From contig JAYWIR010000004.1 of assembly GCA_036172245.1 (NCBI GenBank), positions 6,510,001 through 6,574,000 of the forward strand: a DNA stretch of 64,000 bases, read 5' to 3'. This document shows positions 38,695 through 53,200 of the stretch, in pieces. This stretch comes from Raillietiella orientalis. Taxonomy: Eukaryota. How positions within the stretch are numbered: position 1 is the stretch's first letter; every line of letters starts with the position of its first letter. The notes beneath the pieces were generated by a model. It was not told the DNA's origin. It saw nothing but the letters and a program-made list of their open reading frames with translations, and did no database searches. The position numbers and the translations under genes are program-made.

Positions 38695-41600
38695 TATCAG
38701 AGTGGATTGTGTCTGCTAGTTTTTGCCTTGGATGGCAAAAAAATTTCGTAGCACAGTTGGGTTATTTTCCATTTGAATAATGAAGAACCTTATGATAACA
38801 GTCAATAATTTATTGCATTTAAGTGTACTTACATGAAGTGATGGCATTAGTATAGTAATGTCATTGGTATCTAGTAAGTATGTGGTTTCTAAATGTAATG
38901 CTGCAGAAGTGAATTCAGTATTCCTTTTTATCATCATTTTGCAAAAACTTTGTAAACTTAAGCATTCATTTCTCCAAAGGAAGAGTGCTTCTGCTTTTTA
39001 AATTAATTTTTTAGCTTACATATCAATGCTCAGGCAATTACTAGTACTAGTGTAATCATTGATATGATTTACCTTGATATCATTAGCATACTTTTGTCAA
39101 AACACTGAAACAAACTTCTATTGCAGTACATCAGAGACAAAGCCTATGTATTAGTGCATTGTACTCTTGGTAAATATTCAAACTTTTGTGCTTACATAGA
39201 ATGATAATTAGTTGTTGTTTATTATATTCTAAATTCTGATATCCTGATAAGTGATGAATTTCAATCAAAACTTGCAGCATTGACTTTGTTATGGATGGAA
39301 GTATTGGGAGTTACAGTATCATAAAATTAACGAGGCAGAATGAAGAATATAATTGTAACAATAATGCAGCAATGTTCTAAATAATGCATAAGAACCTGAG
39401 TAGTTAAATATGTAATTGTGGAAAGCAGACTCAGCTTCTGCTTGTTCTTGCATCTTTCTGTTTACATCATTGTATTATTCTTGCATAAATAAAGAAACAG
39501 ACATGTTCATTGTTTTTAAACATTGTTCAGAAGAAAGCTTACTTTTTTCCAAGGAAATATGATAAAACGTTGCCAAGCAACATATAAAAACAATTTGGTA
39601 TTGATTTTTAGTTATTGTATTTACTTTTTTAATCTTTCATGGGTAATTTGATAAACTTTACCATTTGTTGAAAAGCAGTGAAGTTCATTAACAAAAAAAA
39701 AAAACATTGGTGGGATATTCATTCAAAAATATTTTTGATAGTAGATGGCATTTCAATTCAAGAAATTCTGAAAGACGGATGTTATACCAATGCAATGATA
39801 GTTATAAAAATTTTGTTATTAAAATACCATGAGATGCTCCCTGTTTGTACTGTTTGCTATTGCATGACCATTGCATTGTTCATCATTAATCCGAGTATTT
39901 TAAGTATGAATTCATGTTAACAAGTGGGCGATATTTGTTACATTTCATGTGATTCTGTTAAATAAACCGATATCTTTAGTCACGTATCATAGGTGCCGTT
40001 TGGACATACCCGGAAGAACGTTGATGTTACGGCGGTAGAGTACATTTAGTCAGTTCAGATGATTTTATCTGACATAGCTGAAATGCTTCCTCGGTCTTGA
40101 TAATTTTGTTGATTTTTGCTTTCGTATTTGAGTAGGTCCCCATCCCATCGAGAGCTTTATGACCCATTTTATCGTACTCTTCGTGATGAATACAGTGATT
40201 TTGCTGCTGCTTGTTGCCGTAGCATGATTGAGGAAACAAAGCTCTTGCTTCCTCCCATCATGCTACGACGGTTTAAAAGTTAATGTAAATTTCCGGCAAT
40301 ACACGTTTCTTCATGGTGTGTAGATTGATTTGGATGGTGCATCCTCAGCTTGAACGACAACGGAACAAGGTTAAGAGCAGAAGATTGTCCTGTTCCGTCT
40401 TTCATGAACATCATTGTTCGCATCATAAGTAGAGAGTGTTTATGCATCAGTAGTCTTGCATTGCAAAGCAAATTGTTTTTAAATTCCGAAACTTAATTTA
40501 TCCTTTCTATGAAATTCCGTGTATTTTCATTTTTTTTTAGTTATAGGGACAAAAATTGAAATTTTGCTTTTACGCTGACTTTGTGCGTAAGCGGTATCTC
40601 GTTTCCTTTTTTCCTCGCCCAACATATCTTAAGCAGTTAACCGAAGAAATTCTTGTTGCTTCGTTCTTAGTCATTGGAAACTTATGTCATAACAGTACCT
40701 TGATTAACTTTAAGAATAAAATTACCAAAAGCTCAAGTGTTTGCTGCACACCATAATACTGTATATCATAATCACCTATGTAAACAGCACACTAGTACAA
40801 AACGCTCAATAAAATCAAGTTTGCAACAATGCTTTGTACATTATTAATTGTGCAAATTGGAACCCATGTACTGCATACAAATGTCAGCTCTCATGAAACG
40901 AATGCTGTGACTGGCAGTGCCGACTGGTGCATCAGGACATTTCACAAGCTTCCTCTGCTCACAAAGAGTGGGTGGACCATTTTGCATATCAATTACAGGA
41001 TGTCCAAACAATTAAAACAGTGCGTTGTGCAGTACTTTCATCGTAGGTTCTCTGTGAACACTAAAAAATGACTGTTTTCCTATTCTTACTGCTCTGACAA
41101 ACTTTGGTTTCACAGTGCTGTATTTCTTGTTGGAGGAAGCAAGAACGTCAAGTGTTTGAATGGACTTGGTACCAGGCCTGGAACTAACAATTCTAACACA
41201 GATTGCAACTTTGACAGTGCCTTGGTAAAATGAACTAATTGCTCAGCGTATTACTTTCCGAAATTGATTTAATTTAGAAGAGACGAATTTTACTTTTCCA
41301 TTCAAGCCGCAAAAGTTTTCTGCGGCTTTTTCTGAAAGAAACTGCAAGCTTGGGCCCAAGTTTGCCTGCTTATTTGCCATCACTTATAATAGATAAAACT
41401 TTTGAGCTCTTAAGGTTTACATTGATGAACCATTTTAAAACTGCTGTATCTACTCATGCGTTCTCTCATCAGTAAACCAGAAAGAACTCCGAGACTCATT
41501 TCCTGTCTTGTGATCCACTTCGGAAGATTTTCCGTTGCTGCTTTTAAATAATTTCCATTGTGGTACTGCTTCCTTGTAAGGTTCCGTTCACACTTCTGAT

Positions 41601-43260
41601 GAGAAGATTGAAGATCAGTATGCGAGAAAACAAAATGCAACAATCAAAATAGTATGTAACGACGATTTTGCTCTGAACCTTAATTTTTATTGCAACGAAT
41701 CAGTATAGCACGTAATAGTATTCGCCAGACTTAGCAACTGAATAGCTGAAGTTTGTGCGCTTTTACTTGAGTTGCTCTGCACTGGAATTTCAATTAGATG
41801 GTTTATAAAAATTGGTATATTTAGTTTTTCTTTCTTTTTTTTTTTTTTACATCTTATTCGCATTCTTTCAATATATGCAGAACCTTGTGTAGTGTGTCTA
41901 CACTTTGATTAGCAGTAACTTACGCTGATGCCTGGTTAGTTTCCTTGAACATTAACAGACCTTTATGGTCTGTTGCACGGGTTTTAATATTCTGCTCTAA
42001 TTGGAATCCCAACGACGTCATTTTCTCATCAGTTGATCGCAGTGGTTCTGATTTTTTCTAGTGTCCCCATTTCAAGTTATTCCTGAAACCTAAATGTGCT
42101 TATAATGATAATTTGCTTTGTATACTTTGTCCAAGTATTTTTAGCGGAGGGAGTTTTTAGGTTGTTTCGAGTCTTTCCCATGCGCAAAACCTAGAATTTT
42201 GCTTTGAAAATCCTTTTTACCCATTCGTGTAACAAAAGAACAGTCATTCGAACCGTTAAAGAGAACAGTAATTCGAAGTCACTGGATAACTTAATGTGTG
42301 AAATCCAGCTATTATGAAAATAAATTTTTAATAAACTTTCGTTTTTCGGAAGTCCGAAAGAGCCATTTAAGAATCATGGCATACCTTATCAGGATAACTC
42401 TTCAACATGTCGAACACATTTGCATTTTTAAAGAGTCTATTGTAAATCATAAATAGTTCTTACTTTTAACATTACAAGAATAGTTAACTATTTTCTTTCT
42501 ATGTTCATTTTGACATGCGTTTTTTTTTAAGATAATGAAATGTGGACGGTATCTACATGGGTATGTCTGCACGGTAAGTCGCATTTTGGTATTCTCAAAG
42601 CTGAGAATTCTGAAATTTGTTGCCGTGAATGGGACGTTCAAATTTTTATTTGATGTGTAGCATTAAATCTTCGAAAGTTCAACAATAGTTTGCACTTCCT
42701 TATCCTTGTAAGTATAAAGGACTACCAAAGTGGAGATTTAACAGAAGTGGATGTTATCATCATGGCAGATAAGAACTGATGCTTGGAAGCTAAGGTTTCT
42801 CTGTAAAAAAAATACTTGGAGACCAGTTCGAGTTCATTTTGCCAAAAAGTGAGCAATACTGAGTTTGATGAATTGACCTTGAAAAGCATAAATTACAAAA
42901 TGTAATTTTGTAATTCATGTTTACATATTTGCCTTATACTTGAACTTGAAGCGGTTGCACATCCGCGAGTAGGATCATAGTTTGAGAGCATTTCTAAGAT
43001 CCCGGTCTCTGAATGCACTTATTTTAAAGTAGCATGTTAAGACTCGTGAATTGGGTGAAAAGAAAAAATTGGCGAATTTAAATTGGTTAGGTTGTTATTT
43101 ATTTGCAAAGTTAAAGTGCTTTTAAAATGTTGCACCTTTATATACCACGTTCGAAAGTAAACATTTTCAAAAGGTACATTACACATGCATCTTAAATATG
43201 ATAATATATTGGATTTATTGAACATACACCTAATACAAATATTTAAATGTTCTTTAGAAA

Positions 43261-46200
43261 TCATTTGTCTGATTCTAATAAAGGGGATTCGCCAGAAACC
43301 GGGCCTACAGAAATCTCTTGAGTTGTCTCATGTGTAAGTGGGGCACTTTTGACTTCATGTGCTGTTGTATCTACTTTACTAACTTCTTCACTCCACCTGG
43401 ACTTGCGCTTTTCAAAAAATGAAGATCCCCGACCAGCAGAAAAGCTCCTAAAATGTATGCAAAGAAATAATTCAAACAAGACATTCTGAACATGGTTCAA
43501 TACCTTCCTTTTGGCCTATGATCAAATTTAAATGAACCACGAGGCCCAAACCTATGTGATCGCATGAATGTTAATCCTCGAGAACGGAGCCTTGGAAATC
43601 CTTGATTTCCTAAACATATAAATTTACTTATATTTTTGAAAATGTTACCTCTTGATCTTCCTATCATAGGGGGGAATCGTAAAGGTGGTGGTGGCAAATA
43701 CCCTGGTGCAGCTGAGGGATGCTCAGAAAATGGGGAGTCATCATAAAAACACTCAGGTGGATATGCCTTTCTTGAATAAGCATATTCCCCAGGGTACATT
43801 GCATCTTCAACTCGATCCCTCATGTATGGTTCTGGATAGTGAGGATTGTAGTAATCATCTGAATCATCATATCGATATGCTAAAGTGACTTTTGTTAGTT
43901 GTCTTCATTTTGTTGGGTGACTCACATGAAAGCTCATGATGACTATAAGGGTAACTGTTAGAATGTTCAGGTACTGTGTCTTCTGGATACTCAGAATAAC
44001 CATCAGCATAATGAGTTAAAATCTCTTCTGGAGACTGACTTTCTGAAGGATAACTTCTTCTTGACATACTTGGAGTCATATGATGCTCCAGATGATAAGG
44101 AGGACCAGGGCCAGGCCTTTCACAGTGCTTAGTTGCTGGGATAGGAAGCAAGGGGCCTTTGCCAACTGTATCACGACTAGAAACAATAAGTTACAACAGT
44201 GCACTGCTCTAACATTGTATACCTCATCTCAAGGTTATGCCATTGTCTATTAGAACTCATTTCAGCATAATCAGAATAATGCACTCCTTCCCATTCCCGA
44301 TTTTCATTGTTTGTTGATCTGTTTGACAGTTCATTATTATATGACTGATGGAAATTACGTAAATCCTCATCTTTCAAAACAGGAGGGCAACTTGGGAGTC
44401 TTGACTCTGAATGATATGGTGCAATATTATCCCATTCTCTTAGTCTGTCATCATGATCTTGGAAACTAGCAAAAAAGCTGTGTAAGAATTCAAGTCAGTT
44501 TGTGTTTCCAATATACTTGTTGGGTTTGACCAGGTCTATGTTGCTTGTATCTTCCATCTCAACATCCATTACTTCCTCACAATGCTCACTGGGAGGTGGT
44601 CTCTGCAGGGGCAAATTATCAGAGGATTGCAAAGATTCTGAAATTCTTTCAAATGTTTGAGAAATAGGTGGAGGAGGTGGGGGTGGCAAACTGTTAGTCA
44701 TAGGTACAGGGACACCATGTTGGGGAAGTGAAAATGCAGTTGATGGATGAGGAGGAAACACTGATGACTGAGAGGCAGAGACGAGAATCTGTGGTATGGT
44801 GGGAGGAGGCATACCAATGGGTATCATTGGCATGCATGCTAAACAAAATGCCAATTTATATAGAAATTTTTGTTTAATTTACATACGTGGCACTGTTGAT
44901 GCAGGAAATAATATTGGGGCAACAGGTGGAAATTTCACTGTAGTTTCTGGATGAACGGTGGCATTAAATTGGGATCCTAATAGATTAAACAAATTGAGCG
45001 TTATGCCAGTGTTAAGCTAGGGATAACCTTGTGGAAGAAAATTTTGTACTGAATTATCTTGCAATCTCTCTTCAGACAAAGGTGTAGTAGATGAATCCAG
45101 TTGTGTCTGTGCACCATTAAAGGGGGTTTCCTCATTTTTAGGTGATCTGTTCCTTTCTAGTTTACTACGTAGAAATTCGGGCACACTATCTTCGTCAATC
45201 ATTCCACCTTCTTCCAGTTTTTCAAAATCAACATTGTCAGTCAGCCGAGTTATAGGAATGTATGAAACCCCATGTTCAACTTCCCAATAATCTTTGTATT
45301 CTTTCCCTTTCACACCTTTTCCTGGAGCCCATGCCAGCTGTCATATTAATTAAGAATCAATTGCCTGCTTCAAACTGACCGTTATTGTCTTGCCCTGAAG
45401 TTTATAACTCTTAAGTTTCTGTAAAGCCCTCACAGCATCCTGCCGCCGATTCATACAAACAAAGGCACAGCCACGTGGAGGGATCAAGTCAATGGACAGA
45501 ATTTCCCCATATTGCCCAAATGTATCAGATAATTCTTCTTGATGCACCAATTTGGAAAGATGGCCTACCCACAAAGTGGTACTGCAAACTAAATAGCACA
45601 AAATATATAACAGAAAACTGCCGGACAAACCAGTTAAACAATCCTTCTTTAATGAAGGAATTCCTTTTCTCTTTCTTTCTCTTTCCTTTTCTCTATCACG
45701 ATCTAAACGATCCCTAGATCGCGAACGTGTTCTTCGATCCCTGCGAGACTGATTTCGGGAACTGCTATGAGATCTCTTTCTTTCTTTTGACACGCTTCGG
45801 GATCGATGATTGTATCGCCCATTTCTCAGGGGTGAGGACTTTTCTTCTGATTTAGTGCTTGTATTTTCAGAAGGCACGATTTCTGGTTGATCACCTAATC
45901 AAAATTTTTGGTAACTCAATTGTGCAAAAAAAAATATATATTTAAAATGTCTTTTGTTTTTGTTAAATCATAAGAACCTGTTCGAAGAGATTTGGAATTA
46001 TCTGGTGGTAATCCAAATGTCATTTGACGATGATCAAAATCTTTTTCATGTCCAAAAAGAGTTTCATGCATGGTGATTGGGTATACAGGCTTTAAAAAAA
46101 CAGAAGCAATTTTAAATTATGATCATGTAGCACACCTGAGTTCCACACTTCTTTGCTGTCACATCATCAAATGAATTTATTTTTTCTCTATACTGATCTC

Positions 46201-49200
46201 GATAAAGAAAGGCAGAATCAGCATCATCACTATAAATCCGATGATTGGCTTCTTCACTAACTTCAGTCCATTTCGATATTTCTTTTAGAGCTTTAGGGCT
46301 TTCTTCAGGAAGTGGTGGTGGTGGTGGAGGAGGAGGAGGGGGAGGAGCTCCAAATCCACCTCCTAATCCTGGAATTTTTTCACTATCTGTTTTCTGATTT
46401 GATAAATCTTGAAGTTGTTTAAGTAGTTCAGCATTGGCCAAAAGTCTTCCCATTACAGAAGATTAGTAACACGAGACAATCACCTTTATATGAGACTTAC
46501 TGGCCAATGGTTTGGTCCAATGGAACAGAAACTGTATGATTGTTGCTTTGGTCTTCCTCCTCCTCTTCTCCATAGTCAAATTCTAATAATTTTTTATTAA
46601 ACTGAACCTAGGGTTTGTACCAAGTTGCATATAAAGAAAAAGAAACATTGATTGGCATAACTTACATGTTCACTATCAGTGGTATGACTTTGGCTAGGAC
46701 CATGAGCTAAGACTTGTTTAAGATGTTGGAGCTGATGAATCAGAGTTGTATCAATTACAACTTCTTGGTTCTGATGGCGAAGATGTGGAAGTTTATCTTC
46801 AGCAACCTATGTACCATAAATAAATTGTTAATATGTAAGTTACTGTTGAAATAGGTAAGTTCTGTAGGCACTTAATGCAATTCTTTGTGAGTAAAACATG
46901 AAGTTTCTTATCGCAAATATTTGTAGAATGTTTGGAAGAATGTAAAGAACCTTGAAAACAAAACAACATTACATCTTAGAGGCTATATACGCCACATTTT
47001 TTGAGAAACTTTGCAATGCTCTTACATCCTTACCATATTGAATACAAAACAATATGAACTTAATAAACTCATAAATGAACAATCTCAAAAAGAAAAAAAA
47101 GAATCCAATGTCTAAATATTAAGAAAATCAGAACCAGAAATTTAAAGCATACGCTTTCCAAATTACCGATAATTTTTATTTTACCTCTTTAAGGGCATAC
47201 CCAAAGAAAGACTTGTTTTTGAAACTTATACTAATAAGAACTGGTAATAAATTTGCAAGAACGCGATAAGAAAACAAAACTAACATATGTGGAACGAGTG
47301 TTCAAATTACGGCAAAGAATTTTTATTATATATATAATAAGAATTATCAGAACGCTTTGTTTGGAGGAAAAACCTTTGCAAAAAAAACTAGGGCTGGGGC
47401 GCGCGAAGCTTTAAATTTTCTTATGCAAAATAATAGAAACTAAATCATTTTACTAAGAATAAATCCTGAAAGCTTCAAAATAATAATATGCACCAGTTCA
47501 GGCTGTTCTTAACCTACTGTATGATTGATTCATCGTTCTCGTTCTTATTCATTCCTTTCTATGTCTCAGTCCGCAACAAATCTACATACCAAAAAGTTTC
47601 GTCAGATTTGATTTTAAAAAACTAAATCAAACAACTACGAAACTACACATACAATCCTAACAGAATATTGACGCTAACATAGAGGATAATACTGGATTAA
47701 TTCAAAAACATACTATCATCAAGCTAAAAGACTATGATAATGTGCAAATATCTTCATTTTAGATCAGTGCAACAATTTGGGATGAATTCGTTTAAAACAA
47801 TCTTTGAAATGCGTTGCATGAAGCATGGCCAAAGCACACATCAAAAGTGTAAAAGAATCAATGTAAAGTGTCGAAGTGTAGCGCTCATTTTTAATTATAA
47901 AAAAAATTTGTTTAATTCTAAATAGAACTCTTGCTAAAATTCTACAGAGGCTAGAATTTTTCTTTTTGATGAGTAAATTCTAAAAGTTTTTTTGCTTATC
48001 ATTTCATTTATGATCACTTAAAATAAATATAAGATGCCATTTTGCTACACTACTATACACAAGTAAGCCAATAACTTGTCACAAATCTAAAGAAAGAGCT
48101 TCATTGTTTTGTTTTGTTTTGTTTTAATTTTAAATATTGCTGCACAAATTATAAAACTTAATTTTCCTGAAAGCATAACATTATGAAAATATAAAATCAA
48201 TTCTTTGTTTGCTTTCTTTCCTTTAGTATGATTGCTGTCAAATCATTTTAATTTGTAATAAAATAACTTAAAAGTGTGGATTCAAGAGCTGAAATATACC
48301 AGTTTGCGATGATGCATTCGATGGGGAAAATTTAGCTGAAACCTTTAATTGTATGTTTGTTTTTCAAGAGATATCCCTGTCAGATACTTCTATTTATTTC
48401 ATTTGTTTCCACATTCCGCAATTTCCTAAATCTATATTCCACTTTGAATTACTACATACAAGGTTATAATTTGGGGGAGAGTTTCTACTTGTTTTTCATT
48501 TAATAGTTTTTTTTCTTTGAAAAATACATGTAATGCTCAAAGATGCATAACTTCAGCACAAAAATCGAAACACAAAACGCCTACAGTCATTGAAAGGTTT
48601 TTTCCTAAAGTAGCAAATTCAGATGATCACAATGATCAAAGTTTTTGCAGGCAGGGAGATGCTTTCATAACTACTTTCAAATAATCAGCCAAATTCAATT
48701 TGGTTTCCATCAAACTGTGATGAAATGCCCTTAAATAATTTCAAGAAACTGACATGTATTAATTGTTACAAATACTTTGATTTTTAATAAATTTAGCTTT
48801 CAACATTGTATAAAGAAAAGATCACTGGGATTAATAACACATCGTACTTTCGCATTAATGTTTCAAAAAGTAACGAAATTAGGCATACCTAAAATAAAAA
48901 GATGTCAAATAAAAAAAAGGGATGATGTTGATTCTTAAATTGGATTCAAATTATACACTAGAATAAATGGAATTTACAACAGCAAACATGCATGTTATAA
49001 GGGAATTGAATCAAAAATAGAACACTGACATTAAAACATTAGATATAAATAATTTGTCTAAAATTCCATTAAATTCACGAAAACTAATTGAATGAAGTAG
49101 GAAACTATTCTTCTGAAATTCAAATCTTTGAAACACAGATGTTCACTTACATAGCTCAAAAATCACTAAAAATATTTTTTCCACATTGAAATATATATAA

Positions 49201-50267
49201 AAAAAGCTTATCCCAGAAGTTGACATTAGATCACACTGACATTTGATTGGTTGCATATGTTAGATTCAAATTTATTACTTCAATTGAAAATAGATCTATT
49301 AAAATCTTACAAAATTGGAAAATTCTTTGTTTTGGCTATCCCAACCTTGGAAAGAATCTTGACGCATATCAGGAAAAAGATCCTGTCTAACCTGAATGAT
49401 TCCTTTTGTAGGATTAGATCTCATCTGCAATTAAAATAATGACTCAAAAACTCAGGAAAGCTGCAACACATTCACAACTTACAGATCTTGTGTTTTCTAA
49501 CTGATTTTCAATTTCCTTGTGAATTGAATGTGAGGGATCAGCTAAGTCAAATAAGGGTTGTATAACTTCCGCTGGGAATACATTATTTTTCTGCCAAAGA
49601 TTTAAAACACGCACAACTTTGCTCTGAAAAATTGATGATGAAAATGCCAAAAGGACATGAGACGAATTTTTCATGCACACACTAGATTTGTTAATATATT
49701 AAAAAATTTATATAATAATATAGGAATTCAAATTTATACTGTAATGCCTACATTGAATGCATACTGAATTATTTTTGCATTTAAAAATTTTAACATCCAT
49801 GCAGATTCACGCAATACTCTGATGATTCTGATTAAAATATTTCATCACCTTATCTTCTTGTGCACACTGAAATATATAATAAAATGTAACTTTCATATTT
49901 TTAATAAATCTTGGAGCAAAAACATCTTTTTCTTGTCCAAACTGATGCCGACTTTGTCGAACAATTGAATCAATCACATATAAACCAGGAATTTTATATT
50001 CAACTTTACACTGAAATGAATTAATCAACAACTAGTGATTCAAACTAGCATTTCTCACCTTTTGAATAAATTTTTCAACACTTTGTACAACATGCTTATA
50101 AAATTTTATTGCCTTAATTGCCGCCTTTGTTATTGATGTCATTTTAGCTTTGGAAATAGGAGGTTTGAACTCATATAAAGAAGAAAGCTGATGAACATTT
50201 GCTGAGTAAAGCAAGAAACACATCATGACATTATTACCTCATTATTGAAAGATTTAACTGCCTCCAT
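43261..50267 (-). CDS. SCAF4/SCAF8: SR-related CTD-associated factor SCAF4/SCAF8 homologue (CID, Pro-rich, RS, RRM, low-complexity tail), ~1152 aa, 19 coding exons
   Basis: CID: MEAVKSFNNELSSLYEFKPPISKAKMTSITKAAIKAIKFYKHVVQSVEKFIQKC...YKIPGLYVIDSIVRQSRHQFG...KDVFAPRF...VRVLNLWQKN. Also FNKKLLEFDYG, an RS tract, RRM VCSTTLWVGHL...PPRGCAFVCM, then LAWAPGKGVK...WEVEHGVSYIP. Exons (phases consistent): 50267-50238, 50187-50059, 50010-49849, 49623-49483, 49424-49311, 46806-46666, 46607-46501, 46445-46136, 46089-45978, 45894-45631, 45588-45380, 45337-45028, 44976-44887, 44838-44517, 44465-44223, 44176-43926, 43879-43649, 43609-43504, 43447-43261. Confidence 0.93.
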
Positions 50268-53200
50268 ATCCGCTGAAACTCATAAGTTTTTAGCTTTAAA
50301 TGAATTGAATTTTCATATAGCATTACAACTTTTCTATTACTGAATGCACATTCTTACTGAATGTCATAATGCCTTCACATAAATAACAGCAACCACATCA
50401 AATAATCTGTGACAGATTGGCATCAAACACATCCTAAGTTACAAACATATACTTTGAAGTTTTATTAATCTTTCTTTCTTTATTTGAACAATAACACATG
50501 TCCAAAAAATATGTCAAATCAAAGTTTTGATTAGGATTCTCAATGATAAATGTTCCATGAAAACCTGAAAATTTCCAATTTTAAAATTACTAATTTAATT
50601 TTAGAAAACATAAGAGAAAAACATTGAAGCTAAAATCATAGTTAAAAATTAAGCTTCCTTTTGAACTTTTCTTAACACCTTTGTGATGATATTTAGAACA
50701 AAACATCAATTAGGTGTTCAAACAATCTAAACCCGAACACAAAAATTAAATTCAAATTTTACTTTAAAAAATAGAATACGTATGGCATATTTTTTTTCTT
50801 GCATAAACAGAGTTTATGTTTATGCAAAAAGTTCAGAAAAACTGACTCAAATATTTTTGCTGTAATACTCTAGTCACTTTCCAACTGCTTACTAGGATGA
50901 CTGAGAGCCACAGTTCACAACTAAACTATGTATCTTTAAAACAGTCGTTAATTGGATTCACAAAATATGAGATAGTTGGTTCTCTTTGACTTAATTTTTT
51001 CAAGCAAGCATTTGTAATAAATGATAAAATTCCAATTTTTCATCAGAATATTCTGTGCTCTTTGAAAAAATCCTTCAATATTAGAAGACTTAAAGATGTT
51101 TCCAGTGATGAGGCACACTGACATACAAATTAAAAGGACAATCTTGGAAGCCAGTGACCCAAGACAAGGGAGGTTGAAGAACTTTAATCTTAGGTGCCTG
51201 TGACCTCTTCCCAGCCCTTATTAAACCCATCCCAGGGAAGGATTCACAGCTTGCTCCAGGAGCAGTGGAAGGCAATTGTGCACACATCTTTTGTGCCCTC
51301 TAGCCACAAAGTCAGGATAAATTCATCAAATAACATGGCTGCTTACATATCAAGTAACCAATACACCTGGAATGCTAATAAATGTACATGATGTTTTATG
51401 ATATATGTAATTTGGTACTAGCACATTAATTGAAATCAGAAATCCATTAATAGCTTCTCCTGTAACAATTTCAGACAAGCAAACAACAGTAACACAACTT
51501 CCAAAAAATTTCTTAAATGAATTCAAATACTAAGTTTGATCCATGAAATACATCATCATGTTTCTTGGCAAGTTATGATATTATCAAAGTCCAACTGTGC
51601 AAATGCATTACTTTTACATAAAAAATTGTGAAAGAAACTTGGTGACAATTCAAGGTACAAATGAATGACTCAAAATCAAAATTTTAATTCTAAAATTTAA
51701 ACTGATGACCAATTTTAGAATTTTATTATATCCATCAATTATGTTATTGCTTAAACAATTGAAGCTTTACATCCTTATTGAATTGAGATAGTTTTGTTTC
51801 GTTTTTTCCAAAAATTCAGCTAACTTCAATAATAAATGAAAACAAAAAATTAAAAATATGCATTATCCCAAACATCTCTTATAAATTACCAAGTGTTTTT
51901 TCAATCATTATATGTTTTCTGTTACAATTAATCAAATGTCCCACATCAAACAAACAATCATCCATCATCCAACTATTCTTGAAACTTTTTGCAATGTGTT
52001 TTACTGATTGGATAAAAACTCACACAGGCTGAAATTCTAAAATACAAACTTGACTCTAAAACTAGCACATAAAAAATTTATCAATCCCCACTGCCTAGGC
52101 AATCCACAGGTACTTTAAAACCTTGCTGATCTTTTATTCATTCATTGCTTTTATTCTAGTCATGCATAATGCTTTTCTTTTTAATCAAATTTCATTAATT
52201 TTATTCAATATTCTGCTTATTTACCACTTTTCTGAATAAACACAAATGACATCTTTTTTGGAAACATCAGGAATTGTTTTTGAAATGACTTAAACACTAC
52301 TTTTATCTTTTGCCCATAAACACAGCAATAAGAACTTACTACTAATTTAATTCATTCCTAATAAATCTTCTTCCACAATGTAATCTAGAAATAATGGGAC
52401 AATAAAATGCTAAAATGTAATCTCAAACATTAGATTTCAAATCCCAAATTTCTTACAAACTACTAGATTTGAAACCATTCATTGAACAACCAATGAGAAA
52501 TAAAAAGTCATGTAAAATATGGATGTATCTAAGACAAATTTTATTCAAAGCTGGAACAATGTAAATATAAATACATCATCTGAGACTGTATCTCCATATA
52601 CACTTATGAATTTAATCCCGAAAACTTCATAAAATAATTATAGATTTGACCACTATAGACAGAGTTCCATACCTACATGTTTCTTTTGAATGCTTAAGAG
52701 ACTGTTTAAATATCTTTCACGTTTCTCCCTTATGCATATTGCAATGAAGAGAATTTCATGAATTACAAATTTATTACTTTTTGGGGGCAGGGGGGAATTT
52801 CATACTAAATACAAATCATCAACAATAGTCGATCATTAATTTGCACACCATTTTTGGGATAATAGTATGGAAACACAGCTAATGATTTGGCTTTAAAGAA
52901 CTTTTTGCAACTTTGTTCATGAGCACCTGCATTACTTGCTTTTGTCTTATGGCCTCACCTGTCCTTTTATTCTTTTGCTTGATTTTTAGTTCTATTATTT
53001 TTTATATGGTTTTCCTAGAGCAAGATCTGGGTGCCTTTTTAGCATTAAAAAAATGAACAACTATTTATCTTTATCCTGTTTTGTTCTTAATTATTATAAC
53101 ATTCTAAACAAACTGAACATCTGTTTGTTCTATACCTGAGCATTCACACAAGTTTAGTTACAAGAAGACCAACTATGTTAAGTGATTAATTATACAGGAT

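Noticed and set aside
41304..41331. Rho-independent terminator
   Set aside because: Eukaryotic locus; kept only as an inverted repeat
51090..51391. Short ORFs and a GTGATGA C-box-like motif upstream of SCAF
   Set aside because: No homology recognised; the C-box is antisense to the host gene and lacks a properly spaced terminal D box and stem
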